Below, piece by piece: positions 45,857 through 55,379 of a DNA stretch of 64,000 bases. The notes under the pieces were generated by a model, which was not told the origin of the DNA, made no database searches, and saw only the letters and a list, made by a program, of their open reading frames with translations. The position numbers and the translations under genes are program-made. The stretch's first letter is position 1. Each line of letters opens with the position of its first letter. Source of the stretch: a virus (taxonomy: Duplodnaviria > Heunggongvirae > Uroviricota > Caudoviricetes); the IMG/VR virus record IMGVR_UViG_3300046522_000748. One strand, given 5' to 3'.

Positions 45857-46573
45857 TTAATCGAAATCAACATTCCCAGCGAGATTGCTCACACTTCTGT
45901 TCTTCGGATCGCCGCTGATCGTAATATCGCCCGTACCCAATTGATTCACTTTCACGGAATGTGAGGCTCTGGCGCTGATGTCGCCTGCACCCATGAGGGT
46001 GACCTTCAAGTCTTTGGTTTTGAGTCTGGAGGCATCGACATCACCTGTACCCGTCACATCAATATCGGAGGCATCGACCTCTCCTGAAACGCGAATATCA
46101 CCCGATCCAGTCAGGGACAAATTGAAGCGCTCACCACTGATGTTTTTGCCGTCAAATCCACCTGCTCCTGCCACCGTAACACCACCCAGGGATGGGCAGC
46201 TCAGCACAATCTTGATTGGTGTGCTCAGTATTTGATTGCCGGTAAGCGCCAGCACAAGGGTGTCGCCAGCAACCTCGCTGGAGAGGTGATGGATGATGTT
46301 TTCACCTGCGGTGATGCTGATGCTCGATTCAGCGCTTTTCTGCCACTCAACGTCCATCGCGCCTTGAATAATCAGGCTTTTGAAAGGAGTGAGCTGGCGG
46401 GTTTCTGTCTTGACCTTACCTTCGTCAATCGGCTTAGTACCTGCCGAGGCAATACGGCCATCGACAATCACGGTATTTCCGTTGCCTTTGACGACGACAA
46501 AACTGTTGGCCATGGAAAGCGGAGCAACAAGGCTTAGTGACAATGCCAATGTAGTGAGCAGTTTGATCTTCAT
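45857..46573 (-). CDS. DUF2807 / GIN-domain (adhesin head-like) exported protein
   Basis: Signal peptide; ETRQLTPFKSL.I.G..DV; repeated G.GDI beta-solenoid motifs. Confidence 0.8.
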   Translation of the reverse strand: MKIKLLTTLALSLSLVAPLSMANSFVVVKGNGNTVIVDGRIASAGTKPIDEGKVKTETRQLTPFKSLIIQGAMDVEWQKSAESSISITAGENIIHHLSSEVAGDTLVLALTGNQILSTPIKIVLSCPSLGGVTVAGAGGFDGKNISGERFNLSLTGSGDIRVSGEVDASDIDVTGTGDVDASRLKTKDLKVTLMGAGDISARASHSVKVNQLGTGDITISGDPKNRSVSNLAGNVDFD

Positions 46574-46790
46574 GAATAACCCATAATGGTAAGCATTTTG
46601 CAGTTATTATATGTAGTCTCCAGCAATAGTCAATCATTGCTGCTTGCTGTCAAATTGCGCATGTATTTCGGGAGCATTCTTTTGTAAATATATTTTTACT
46701 TTCGGTATGTTTGCACCAAAAATATGCAGAGTTGCATGATAGTATATTAATTGTCAAATACAATCATATACAAAAAGGGACTTTGCATAC

Positions 46791-47450
46791 ATGCTTAAAA
46801 GAATTTTAGCAGGATCTATATTGATTGCCCTGGCTTCGCAAGCAATGGCTGGTACAGCCATCAATGACTGGGTGAGTTACGAAACAAAATACGGCGAATG
46901 GCTAATTGCAAGTGCTACACCCGATAGCCCAAAGGGCATCTATGGTTGCAGCAACTGGTCGCCAAAAGTAGTGTCTCCGCCAACGAAAGTCGCAGCTCCT
47001 GGCACTGTAGTTGTTGATTCTACAAAAATAATTTCACAGAACGCCACTGACTGTAAAATTGACCAATTCCGGGTAGTACAGCTACAAAAAAGAAACAGGA
47101 CAACAAGGGAAATTCGACCTGACGGGCCGACATTTACCGAAAAAATGACACTGGTTAATCAGTATTCCTCTAGGGATTATAAGGTTGAGATAACCCCATG
47201 GACTACCGCCAGTAAGACCTACGGTTGCTTGTCCTGGACTCCGCCTGTTGACTACATGCCTGCCGGAAAAACATTCACTCAAACGGCGACAGGTTGCAAA
47301 CTGGATCAGGCACGCACTCGCACTGAATCCATTGTTAGCTCCAACATTAAAAACTTCAAACCCGTAATTGTTAAATCAGTTATCGAAAAACAAACGCTGG
47401 GTCAGCAAACCGAAACGAGAATAGCGGTTGGCACCAAAAAGGTTCAATAA
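46791..47450 (+). CDS. Secreted Cys-repeat protein
   Basis: Signal peptide; two YGC..W.P...G..FTQ.AT.CK.DQ.R repeats. Confidence 0.8.
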   Translation: MLKRILAGSILIALASQAMAGTAINDWVSYETKYGEWLIASATPDSPKGIYGCSNWSPKVVSPPTKVAAPGTVVVDSTKIISQNATDCKIDQFRVVQLQKRNRTTREIRPDGPTFTEKMTLVNQYSSRDYKVEITPWTTASKTYGCLSWTPPVDYMPAGKTFTQTATGCKLDQARTRTESIVSSNIKNFKPVIVKSVIEKQTLGQQTETRIAVGTKKVQ

Positions 47451-47521
47451 TTGTTACGATAGTTTTTTAACACAGAGCCCTGGCATAAGCTGGGGTTTTT
47501 ATTTTAGTGTTTGAGGTTTAA

Positions 47522-47830
47522 TTAAAACGGATGCTTCTTCGACACTGTTCTGAGCCTCACTCGCTGATTGACCTCAGATCCAGTCGAATTCAACATTGGA
47601 TCGATGTTCAGGATTTGATGCAAAAGACCGAGTTGCCATAGGGCTTGAATGACGGTGCCAACCTCGACGGTTCGTGCCCCGGCTTCCAAATTGCTCACGG
47701 TTTTAACTGACACTCCGAGCGTAGTCGCAAGGTCTTTCTGTCTGAGATGGGCTTTCTGTCGGGCATCTTTGATCAATCGCCCGATAGAACCTATGGTTTC
47801 GCCGCAAGCGAGTGGAAAATAATCATTCAT
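47522..47830 (-). CDS. XRE-family HTH regulator (HipB-like)
   Basis: IKDARQKAHLRQKDLATTLGVSVKTVSNLEAG; C-terminal QRVR. Confidence 0.8.
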   Translation of the reverse strand: MNDYFPLACGETIGSIGRLIKDARQKAHLRQKDLATTLGVSVKTVSNLEAGARTVEVGTVIQALWQLGLLHQILNIDPMLNSTGSEVNQRVRLRTVSKKHPF

Positions 47831-47858
47831 AAGGCGCATTATAACGCGCTTTAAGTGG

Positions 47859-47886
47859 GATAAGCAGCGTTTTAATGCTGCTTATC
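47859..47886. promoter_or_regulatory. Inverted repeat upstream of the HTH gene (operator and/or terminator)
   Basis: GATAAGCAGC-N8-GCTGCTTATC; TATAAT at 47838-47843 on the minus strand. Confidence 0.55.
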
Positions 47887-47919
47887 TCGCCATGGTGGGT
47901 GTGTTTAACGCCGTTAAAT

Positions 47920-48225
47920 CTAGTCGCGCTGAACCAGAGGTATGCGGGTTTTAGCAACGGTGTTTGCATAGGCCTGGGCTAGTTCCTGGTCATCCCAGCG
48001 CTGATTGCTGGCGTCGATGCGCACCAGTTCACCCTCGGCGGCTTCATCGAGGCAGGTGACCTTAAAGGCTGTTGGCTCAACCAGTGGCTGGCGGCTTTGA
48101 GCGACTGTATTCGCGTAAGCCTGCGCTTGGCCTTCATTGTTCCAGCGCTGGTGGCTGGCATCGATACGCACCATCACGCCTTCAGCAGCTTCATCGAGGC
48201 AGGTAACCTTGAACGTTTGAATCAT
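47920..48225 (-). CDS. Small protein made of two tandem ~49-aa repeats
   Basis: FKVTCLDEAAEG..VRIDAS.QRW...AQAYANTVA..R.PLV twice; GGAG SD. Confidence 0.8.
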   Translation of the reverse strand: MIQTFKVTCLDEAAEGVMVRIDASHQRWNNEGQAQAYANTVAQSRQPLVEPTAFKVTCLDEAAEGELVRIDASNQRWDDQELAQAYANTVAKTRIPLVQRD

Positions 48226-48253
48226 TTTTGGCTCCATCGTGTGGGTCGAAGGA

Positions 48254-48613
48254 TTACTCAATCGTGTCTTTGAGCGTACCTTCATAGTCCATATCAGCGG
48301 CAATATTGCCTGATTCGTAAAATGACTCATCTTCAAAAATCCGTGATCCGATGATTACACGCCCATCAGGGAGCTTTTCATAGTTTATTTCGCGAATGCT
48401 GTAGATACCGTTGTCAGAGTATTGCGAGCAAACAGACTTGCTTTCATGAAAACCAATGGCGCGCTCAAGAGCTTCATCCAGGCTGTGCTGGATGCCACAC
48501 ACAAAATTTTCGTTTCGGCAGCAAGAGCAACCGGTGGAGACATGAATGAAAAAGCCCGTGTGTTTACTGATGGCAAATGGAATTTGATCTTCCGTGATAT
48601 TGACGTCAGGCAT
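48254..48613 (-). CDS. Hypothetical protein with a GCSCC motif
   Basis: GGAG SD before MPDVNI. Confidence 0.7.
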   Translation of the reverse strand: MPDVNITEDQIPFAISKHTGFFIHVSTGCSCCRNENFVCGIQHSLDEALERAIGFHESKSVCSQYSDNGIYSIREINYEKLPDGRVIIGSRIFEDESFYESGNIAADMDYEGTLKDTIE

Positions 48614-48655
48614 GATGGCTCCACAATATATCGAAGTTGAACACTTTATGCTTCG

Positions 48656-48693
48656 ATTATACTCACTCACAAGAAATTGTCAACATGAATGAC
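48656..48693 (-). promoter_or_regulatory. Sigma70 promoter with operator
   Basis: TTGACA-N16-TATAAT; operator at 48679-48693. Confidence 0.85.
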
Positions 48694-48729
48694 ATTTTCT
48701 GCATCAATAACGCAGTGCTGCTGGTGATT

Positions 48730-49275
48730 TCAGCGCCTTCTGAATTGACGATCCATGCGTTTCATGTCTTGTTCAGCTTTTCTGATTTGCCCATCTCTGG
48801 AGAACAACTCATCATCAAATCGGCGTGAATTCTCGCTGATTTTCTTTTCGAGTTCCGCGATCCTCGTGCCAGATTCAATAATCTGGTCAATATTTTCAGG
48901 GTAGAGATTAAGGAGCGCCCAGGTTTCCCAGATCTTGGATCTATTGATGTCGATCAGCTGACTGCTTTTACAGTCGTCCTGCCTGCCAGCGTAGCGGCTC
49001 AAAATCCCATCAAGGTCAAAAACATACTTCACCTTCCCGGTTATTCTGAATTGGCCGCACGGGAGCTGTATTGCAATAGGTGCGCTGCAAGCTTTGGAGA
49101 TTTTTGAGCCAAGCGCCAGCAATCGGCCTTGTTTTCGTCCGTTGTCCTCGAAAAACGTCCAATAGCTTTTTCCAGCCTCAAGTCTTTCGACCTGTTCCGG
49201 CAGGTCGATTCTGTGCGATCTGAGGCTCATATACATCGCTGGCGACGTTCTCCAGAAGGGATGGATGCCGGTCAT
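48730..49275 (-). CDS. Hypothetical protein
   Basis: 181 aa, ATGA-coupled. Confidence 0.7.
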   Translation of the reverse strand: MTGIHPFWRTSPAMYMSLRSHRIDLPEQVERLEAGKSYWTFFEDNGRKQGRLLALGSKISKACSAPIAIQLPCGQFRITGKVKYVFDLDGILSRYAGRQDDCKSSQLIDINRSKIWETWALLNLYPENIDQIIESGTRIAELEKKISENSRRFDDELFSRDGQIRKAEQDMKRMDRQFRRR

Positions 49276-49709
49276 CGCTTAATCCCCAGGCCATCTGCGC
49301 GTGCGTGAAAAATGCCATCTTCTTCCAGGGCTACAAAATCGTAGTCCTGATATGCGGTCTCAATCAGTTGTCCAATTTTGACAATGAGGTCTCGACGCAT
49401 TGCCGGGTCACGCATGAGGCATGGCACATTCACAGAAACGTACACTTCCTCCCCATGGCCAGATTTTACGCGCAGACGAGCCAGCATGATCCCAATGTGT
49501 GGCGGATGGAAATCCATCTTTCGAACAATGTCGTTTGCTTGCTCGTTCAAATCCTGCGCGACCTCTTCCATCTTATCGCTTGCTGATGGAAACATGTGAA
49601 GGCTATCGGTTTTGAATTGACCGCACTCCTCCATCGCCTTGGTCAAATTCAGGAGTTTCCGGTAGTCAGAAACCAGGAATGATTTATCAAGAGACAGTTT
49701 GGAGGACAT
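49272..49709 (-). CDS. Hypothetical protein
   Basis: 145 aa, AAGGA SD. Confidence 0.7.
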   Translation of the reverse strand: MSSKLSLDKSFLVSDYRKLLNLTKAMEECGQFKTDSLHMFPSASDKMEEVAQDLNEQANDIVRKMDFHPPHIGIMLARLRVKSGHGEEVYVSVNVPCLMRDPAMRRDLIVKIGQLIETAYQDYDFVALEEDGIFHARADGLGIKR

Positions 49710-49739
49710 GAGGTGATCCTTTTCGTGGATTAATGGTGA

Positions 49740-49958
49740 TCAGCGGACAAAAACTACATCAGTTCCATGGCTGTCGTTAATATAACGGATTGACATTTCA
49801 TTCCGCATCTTCCAGGCGGTCTCTTGATCGTATTCCATCAAAGAAATGATCAACTGACAGTCCTTTGGGCTAAGCGAAATCCCCTCGGCCATTACTTCTT
49901 TGTAAAGGGGATAGAGCTTCTCAATGTCTTCGTCTGCATACGATATTTTAGCTGCCAT
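49740..49958 (-). CDS. Small hypothetical protein
   Basis: 72-aa ORF. Confidence 0.6.
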   Translation of the reverse strand: MAAKISYADEDIEKLYPLYKEVMAEGISLSPKDCQLIISLMEYDQETAWKMRNEMSIRYINDSHGTDVVFVR

Positions 49959-50086
49959 ATAAAAATCTCTTGTGCTGATGCTTTGATGCTCAATGAATTA
50001 TGATCGAACGTTGCGTTAGTGTCGGTTTTAAAACCCACGTAAAACAGGTCAGCATTGCTGACCTGTCAATTTGATAGTTATTGAGT

Positions 50087-50320
50087 TTACTGCCCGATTT
50101 GCGCAACCTTCGTCATCGCTGCCGAATGTACAAGGCCTTGAGCAACCGCCAGAGCGGTGCGCTCGCCAGCGTACACGGCACAGAGACCTTGGAGTTCGCG
50201 CATCTTGCCATCTTCCAGCGTGGCGGTTTTCTCCCAAGCCAGCACTTCGCGGCTCAGCTCAACGATATGATCATTGGCGAACTGCTCGGCGATTTTGGCG
50301 TTTTCTTGAAGAGTGGACAT
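50087..50320 (-). CDS. Small hypothetical protein
   Basis: 77 aa, AAGGA SD. Confidence 0.65.
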   Translation of the reverse strand: MSTLQENAKIAEQFANDHIVELSREVLAWEKTATLEDGKMRELQGLCAVYAGERTALAVAQGLVHSAAMTKVAQIGQ

Positions 50321-50374
50321 GGCGGTAAATCCTTCTGCAAATGGGTGTGGGTGGGTTAAACGCGATTTATCGCG

Positions 50375-50569
50375 TCAGTCTTGGCTGATGAAGCCTGCCT
50401 TTTGCAGTTCCGCGTACAGCGCTATGTTGTCTTCGCTGAGTTTGCCTCTGCTCTGATTGATCACCAGTGACTCAACGACATTGAGGGCACGGTCCTCGGT
50501 AACCAATCCGCCTTCTTTGAGGTGGTTGGAAACAATTCGCCGAAGTTCCAAACGTGGCTGAGAAGACAT
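50375..50569 (-). CDS. Small hypothetical protein
   Basis: GGAG SD before MSSQPRL; promoter TTGACA-N17-CATACT at 50605-50633. Confidence 0.65.
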   Translation of the reverse strand: MSSQPRLELRRIVSNHLKEGGLVTEDRALNVVESLVINQSRGKLSEDNIALYAELQKAGFISQD

Positions 50570-50645
50570 TTTGTGCTCCAGTAGATCCAATGGTTGATGC
50601 ACACAGTATGACATGACAATTGATTTTTGTCAATGTCATTTTCAA

Positions 50646-50939
50646 TCACTGCTCGTTGTAAACGTTCAGCGGCTGCTCGACCAGCGAGCCGTGCTTTTCT
50701 TTGTAGGTTTTCAGGGCATCAAACATCGTGTTGCCAGAGCAGGCGCCGTTTTCCCACTGCATAATCACAATCATTGGCTCAGTAATGCGCGGTGACTTGT
50801 GATTGAGTAGGCGTACCTCAATGCCCTCACAGAGCTTGTAGAGGTCGTTGATCGTCTCGGCCACCACACTTATCGAGTCCAGTTGGCTTAGCTCTTCAGC
50901 GCCATCTACGTTCCCGTATGCGGTCAGTGTCAAATTCAT
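50646..50939 (-). CDS. Hypothetical protein
   Basis: AAGGA SD before MNLTLT. Confidence 0.65.
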   Translation of the reverse strand: MNLTLTAYGNVDGAEELSQLDSISVVAETINDLYKLCEGIEVRLLNHKSPRITEPMIVIMQWENGACSGNTMFDALKTYKEKHGSLVEQPLNVYNEQ

Positions 50940-50965
50940 TGTTAATTCCTTCATATGTAATGTTC

Positions 50966-51226
50966 TTAGTACTGGGATACGTCTATCGCATCGCCCTCTT
51001 CTGTCAGTTCCATGCTTTCGGTGAAGACAAAACCATCGGGCATTGGGTCTTCGACGGTTTGAAAGCAAAGTCCCTGCTTGATCAGTTTTTTGAAAACCGA
51101 CATGCCCGGCGTTATAAACCCCAGGGCGTCCTTCTCTGTTTTTTCAGGAATTCGGCTGACCAGAATGGAAATGTCACGCTTCAGCCATTTGATGGCTTCA
51201 ACCTCTGTCGCTGTGAATTTCATCAT
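50966..51226 (-). CDS. Small winged-helix-like protein
   Basis: VFKKLIKQGLC...ELTEEG. Confidence 0.6.
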   Translation of the reverse strand: MMKFTATEVEAIKWLKRDISILVSRIPEKTEKDALGFITPGMSVFKKLIKQGLCFQTVEDPMPDGFVFTESMELTEEGDAIDVSQY

Positions 51227-51259
51227 TTTATCTGGCGCCGCTGATCATTGGTGCGGGCT

Positions 51260-51298
51260 ATTCTACGCAAGTCCGAGCTTAATGTCAATATGAATGAC
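51260..51298 (-). promoter_or_regulatory. Sigma70 promoter with operator
   Basis: TTGACA-N17-TAGAAT; operator at 51284-51298. Confidence 0.85.
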
Positions 51299-51302
51299 AT
51301 GC

Positions 51303-51875
51303 TTACTCGATGATGAAATGTGCGCGCTCTACTTCGCCTAGAGATTTGCACATAGCATTGAATACTGCGCTCTCACTGTCATCCCAAATTTCTTTTGTGT
51401 CGGCCACAACTTCGAAACCGAAACGCCACAACTCATTGCCACACTGATCTATATAGGCCACACGCTTGTTGTGTTTGGCGCGGCGGATGTTTGAGCCGAA
51501 TTCGTTGTACTTCCAACCTTTGGGAAGTTTCGGCAATTCAAATTCAATTTCCTGCGCGTCCAGCTCGGTTTCAATTTTGACGTAACCGTACCATCCCCAT
51601 CTGCCATGGCGGCAACCGGTAGACCATGCCGACTTGCAAATGTTTGCAGTTGGCGTGTACGCAAGGCGGAGACGCTCCTCCGGGTTTGGATTCTGGTCGA
51701 TTTCGTACGCTTTGCGAATCGCTGCGTCGAGTGAATCACCACGCGCTTCAATTCGTCCGCTATCAGTGTTCCATGAAACGATGTGGCATTGGGCACTACC
51801 GTTTTTGGAGGTATGGATATCAGCCAGCACGTTTCGTTCTGGATTGATTAGCCAGTTGTACAGTTTTGCACTCAT
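51303..51875 (-). CDS. Hypothetical protein
   Basis: 190 aa, operonic. Confidence 0.7.
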   Translation of the reverse strand: MSAKLYNWLINPERNVLADIHTSKNGSAQCHIVSWNTDSGRIEARGDSLDAAIRKAYEIDQNPNPEERLRLAYTPTANICKSAWSTGCRHGRWGWYGYVKIETELDAQEIEFELPKLPKGWKYNEFGSNIRRAKHNKRVAYIDQCGNELWRFGFEVVADTKEIWDDSESAVFNAMCKSLGEVERAHFIIE

Positions 51876-51877
51876 GG

Positions 51878-52105
51878 TTAATTCACCGGGCCTGGAAAAT
51901 ATTCAGTGCCTTTGATCGTGGTGGTCATTGCGCTTTTAACAGCACCCAGCAACGTCGGTGCTACCGTTTCACAACGACCGAAGCCGTCAACTTGCCATGT
52001 CAATCGAAAGTTGTGGAAGTCGCTGGACGCATTTGCGACGTTTTCATGATCCGCCAGCCACGCCCAGCAGATTTGTTCTTCGGTCAATTCATTTTTGTCG
52101 AACAT
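51878..52105 (-). CDS. Small hypothetical protein
   Basis: 75 aa, AAGGTG SD. Confidence 0.65.
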   Translation of the reverse strand: MFDKNELTEEQICWAWLADHENVANASSDFHNFRLTWQVDGFGRCETVAPTLLGAVKSAMTTTIKGTEYFPGPVN

Positions 52106-52195
52106 GCGTCACCTTTACGCTTACTGGATGGCCGTGCAACTTTACTAACTGAATGCTTAACTCAGCACGCAGGCGTGCAATTGTTCAGCACATGA

Positions 52196-52234
52196 ATTCT
52201 AAAGGCCCTGAGACCCAATGTCAATACTAATGAC
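52196..52234 (-). promoter_or_regulatory. Sigma70 promoter with operator
   Basis: TTGACA-N17-TAGAAT; operator at 52220-52234. Confidence 0.85.
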
Positions 52235-52253
52235 AAGATGCCGAAATCTTGAA

Positions 52254-52619
52254 TTAGTACCAATCCCACATGCGAGCGGCCTCGTTGACATAAGGTTCTA
52301 GCACCACATCAAAGTCGCCTGAGCGCATCGCCTGAAACAGCGCGGCTTTATGTTGGCGTTTCTGACGTAGAGTATCGACCCTATGGCAAAAACCAGGACA
52401 TTTCCTCTTCGGTCTGTAATCCATGTGGTATTGCCGGATTTTTATTTCGGCGTATTGATCGTAGTTAACCTGATCTTCAGCACTTTCTAACCATATGTAG
52501 CTGGACATGTATCGCGTCCATCTGCTTATCCACATTCCGTTTTCGTGATGGATGATGCCCAGGCTGATGTACTTTCGATAGTTGCGACATGGTTTGCCGC
52601 GACGAATTGTGTTCGACAT
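52254..52619 (-). CDS. Small basic/aromatic protein (MS.TIRR...W.W phage-type family)
   Basis: GGAG SD; R/K-rich; ends MWDWY. Confidence 0.7.
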   Translation of the reverse strand: MSNTIRRGKPCRNYRKYISLGIIHHENGMWISRWTRYMSSYIWLESAEDQVNYDQYAEIKIRQYHMDYRPKRKCPGFCHRVDTLRQKRQHKAALFQAMRSGDFDVVLEPYVNEAARMWDWY

Positions 52620-52653
52620 TATCTTCTCCGACAGAGAAGCCCATTATTGGGCT

Positions 52654-52695
52654 TCAATGTCGTGAAAATTTGTCTCGAATGTATTTAACCATCAT
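52654..52695 (-). CDS. Putative leader peptide MMVKYIRDKFSRH
   Basis: TAAGGA SD; promoter TTGATG-N17-TAGAAT (52726-52754); stop overlaps hairpin 52636-52655. Confidence 0.5.
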   Translation of the reverse strand: MMVKYIRDKFSRH

Positions 52696-52759
52696 TTTAA
52701 CTATTCCTTATTCGTATATATAAACATTCTATTCTGATTAAATCACTACATCAACGCTA

Positions 52760-53068
52760 TTAATCAAACTCTGCGCGTTTGTTCATGGTTTCAATGGCCA
52801 TATCGTAGCGAAGCTGAAGAAAATCGTAATCTTCCTCGTTGATCGGTGAAACAATAATATCTTCAGCCATTCTGGCCTCATGACAGTAGTCGCCGATTTG
52901 ATTAATGAACTCAACGCTGTAGTCGAAGTTCGATCCAGGGACAAACAGATATTCTGATCGATGATCGTTTCTGATCAGGCCGCAGGCATAAAACTCCAGT
53001 CCGTAACCGTAATTTAGGTTCTTATCGATAAATTTCAGCAGTGATTTAGGTGTTGGTTCATCACTCAT
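52760..53068 (-). CDS. Hypothetical protein
   Basis: GGAG upstream of MSDEPTP. Confidence 0.65.
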   Translation of the reverse strand: MSDEPTPKSLLKFIDKNLNYGYGLEFYACGLIRNDHRSEYLFVPGSNFDYSVEFINQIGDYCHEARMAEDIIVSPINEEDYDFLQLRYDMAIETMNKRAEFD

Positions 53069-53261
53069 AAATAACTTTAGCTCCATAGTGTTCTGCACGG
53101 GCAATAGCACAAGCGCGCCATCCGCCCCATCTCATTTGTACGCCCGGCGTGTATGATCCATTGCTGTTGCGTGCCAGATTGCATTGTTCCTGGGCTTCAA
53201 ACCGCTCGCGCTCGCAGGTTTCGACAAAATCATGGGTCTCGATAAAAGCAGAATGCTTCAC
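53061..53261 (-). CDS. Small phage-type protein
   Basis: ERERFEA...NGSY...WGGWRA; motif shared with the N-terminus of 54588..55376. Confidence 0.6.
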   Translation of the reverse strand: MKHSAFIETHDFVETCERERFEAQEQCNLARNSNGSYTPGVQMRWGGWRACAIARAEHYGAKVIYE

Positions 53262-53358
53262 GTAGCCACCTGTTTCTTCAAGGACAATTCTTGAGCCCTG
53301 CCACTCCCATCATAACGATCAACCTTGCTCATCTCTCACTCCTTTTGATCATCCGACG

Positions 53359-54114
53359 TTAATCAGTAACTGCTTCCAGTGCAAGGTTTTCCTGAGGACT
53401 GAGGCCACGAGGACGAATTGAATTATAGCCAGCGCCCACAGCATCGAGTTCTTCAATCCAGTGTCGCTCACGCTCGGTGATGTAGGCCAATTTATTTTTG
53501 CAATCAGCGGGCCATTCAACGACTTCTATGACGCTGAAGCTCCAGTCCGTAATGTCAGTGGACTTCATGGCCGCATGAAACTTGCAATCGCTTGGCTGAG
53601 TCAAGTGTTGCCACCAACGCAAGGTGAAGGGCTGGGTCGTTTGGCCTACATATACACGGCCTGTCGAAAGCTGTTGAACCTTATAAATAACAGCAGGTAC
53701 TTTACCAGCGGAGGCGTGTTCAAACTCGCGAACTTCGCGTGCCCTTCCGGCTATACTGCATTTCCTTGAGCAGTATTCCGCGCCACTGTAATCAGCATGA
53801 GGGTCGTTGTATTTATCTATCGGTTTGAAGACATCGCCGCACTCTTTGCACGGTGTATCCCGGAAACGGCGCATGATGTAATCATCACCCGGATTAACGA
53901 GGGTGATGTGCAGCAGATAAGCATGTTCGTCCAGATCTTTTCTCAGTACTCTGAGTGGGAATTTCCGGTCGTACTCCTCTTCGATCAGCACCTTGGCGGC
54001 TTTTTTGTCCGGCGCTGTAACAAGTCCACTGAAAATCGGTGGCCACGCCCAGCTCTCCAGTCCATTATCAACCGAGCCTTTTCGTCCCTTAATCTGATAT
54101 TGAAAGTCTGGCAT
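53359..54114 (-). CDS. GIY-YIG nuclease with a Zn-finger
   Basis: CKECG...YCSRKC; VIYKV...RVYVGQT...RW.QH...E..WI...GYN. Confidence 0.85.
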   Translation of the reverse strand: MPDFQYQIKGRKGSVDNGLESWAWPPIFSGLVTAPDKKAAKVLIEEEYDRKFPLRVLRKDLDEHAYLLHITLVNPGDDYIMRRFRDTPCKECGDVFKPIDKYNDPHADYSGAEYCSRKCSIAGRAREVREFEHASAGKVPAVIYKVQQLSTGRVYVGQTTQPFTLRWWQHLTQPSDCKFHAAMKSTDITDWSFSVIEVVEWPADCKNKLAYITERERHWIEELDAVGAGYNSIRPRGLSPQENLALEAVTD

Positions 54115-54119
54115 GTCGA

Positions 54120-54356
54120 TTATTCCGCAGGCGGCGCTTTTGGAATCAAATGATCCAGTGAAAACAGCACATGTCGAACCTTACTTTCTACCTTTTCCAA
54201 CTGCTGAGACAATGCTTGATACTGCTTGAAGTCCTGTTTGTGATCAGGATCATCGGTCTCTGCGTAACGAGTGGCACTGTGCTGAGCCATCATTTCCACA
54301 GTTTTGCGCTCAGCAGTCATCCACGCAGTGAGTTCTTCGATCAGTTGGTGGCTCAT
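54120..54356 (-). CDS. Small hypothetical protein
   Basis: 78 aa, AAGGA SD. Confidence 0.65.
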   Translation of the reverse strand: MSHQLIEELTAWMTAERKTVEMMAQHSATRYAETDDPDHKQDFKQYQALSQQLEKVESKVRHVLFSLDHLIPKAPPAE

Positions 54357-54367
54357 TTCAATTCCTT

Positions 54368-54574
54368 TTAATTTAGGTTAAAGACGCCAGCAGGTTTTTC
54401 CTGCACGCCCTTTGCGACTGGCACCCAGTGTTCACGCAAACCGTGGCTGCCTCTGAGCAGACGACCCCAAGGATCGCGCTTAAACTCACGGACATGTTCA
54501 ACGCCACGTATTACCTTTTTGTCACCCACCTTGGCTTTCGGTGCAGCAGGGCTTTTCACAATATGAATACGCAT
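54368..54574 (-). CDS. Small basic protein
   Basis: Start MRIHIVK; PKAKVGDKKVIRG. Confidence 0.6.
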   Translation of the reverse strand: MRIHIVKSPAAPKAKVGDKKVIRGVEHVREFKRDPWGRLLRGSHGLREHWVPVAKGVQEKPAGVFNLN

Positions 54575-54587
54575 GGTCTGAAAACCC

Positions 54588-55376
54588 TTATTCGTCGGCG
54601 CTACGTGGAAACTCGCCTTTGCGATCAATCCACTGGCGGTAGAAATAATTCCCCTGGCCTTGTCTGCCGACCTTGGAGTAAAAGTTGTCATGCTCAAGGC
54701 TGTAATAGATCCCGGAAGGAATCTCATCACGAACGGCATTGCGCAGGAAAAAGTGACCGAGTTCTGTGACGCCATAGCGCCCAGCACCTCGATTGATCAG
54801 CATGCCTTTATGCACCAGCAAATTCAGATCTTCCTCGGTTGAGGTGCGGCCACAGCGAGTCTGGAGAGAGGCCCATACTTCTTGCAACTGACGCAGCTCG
54901 ACGTTGCTGATTTCAAATGGAAGCACGTATTCAGGCGTTTTGTAATTCGCCAGAATGCGTTTGTGTTGAGCCACAGTCATCAGATCATCCACAACCGCTC
55001 TTTCCCAGGTGTTTGTGGCAGCCCAAAGCACGCTTTCGCGGATGCTTTCGGCAGAATCTTCACGGTTTTCATTCGCTCGGATAGGGGGAGCCGCATCCAT
55101 GATGGCGCGTGACGGCTTATTCATGGCCTTATCGGTGTGATCACGAAAGCCAGCTGTCAGATAGGCGACAACTTCGATTCTCTCACTACCTTGGAGCTGT
55201 TGTTGATGATCTGCATCGTGCATCTGGTAGCCGCACCATGCCGCTTCCAAGTACATATTTGAATAGGAGCCATCAGCTTTGTGAGTGAGGTTTTCGTGAC
55301 CTTGCTCACGCGCACGGCGTTCGAAGGTTTCACGCAGGCGCGGGTTTGCCAGTGGTTTGTCTTTGAGTTGATTCAC
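54588..55376 (-). CDS. Phage-type mosaic hypothetical protein
   Basis: 262 aa, GAGG SD; LMTVAQH.RI motif. Confidence 0.7.
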   Translation of the reverse strand: MNQLKDKPLANPRLRETFERRAREQGHENLTHKADGSYSNMYLEAAWCGYQMHDADHQQQLQGSERIEVVAYLTAGFRDHTDKAMNKPSRAIMDAAPPIRANENREDSAESIRESVLWAATNTWERAVVDDLMTVAQHKRILANYKTPEYVLPFEISNVELRQLQEVWASLQTRCGRTSTEEDLNLLVHKGMLINRGAGRYGVTELGHFFLRNAVRDEIPSGIYYSLEHDNFYSKVGRQGQGNYFYRQWIDRKGEFPRSADE

Positions 55377-55379
55377 AGC

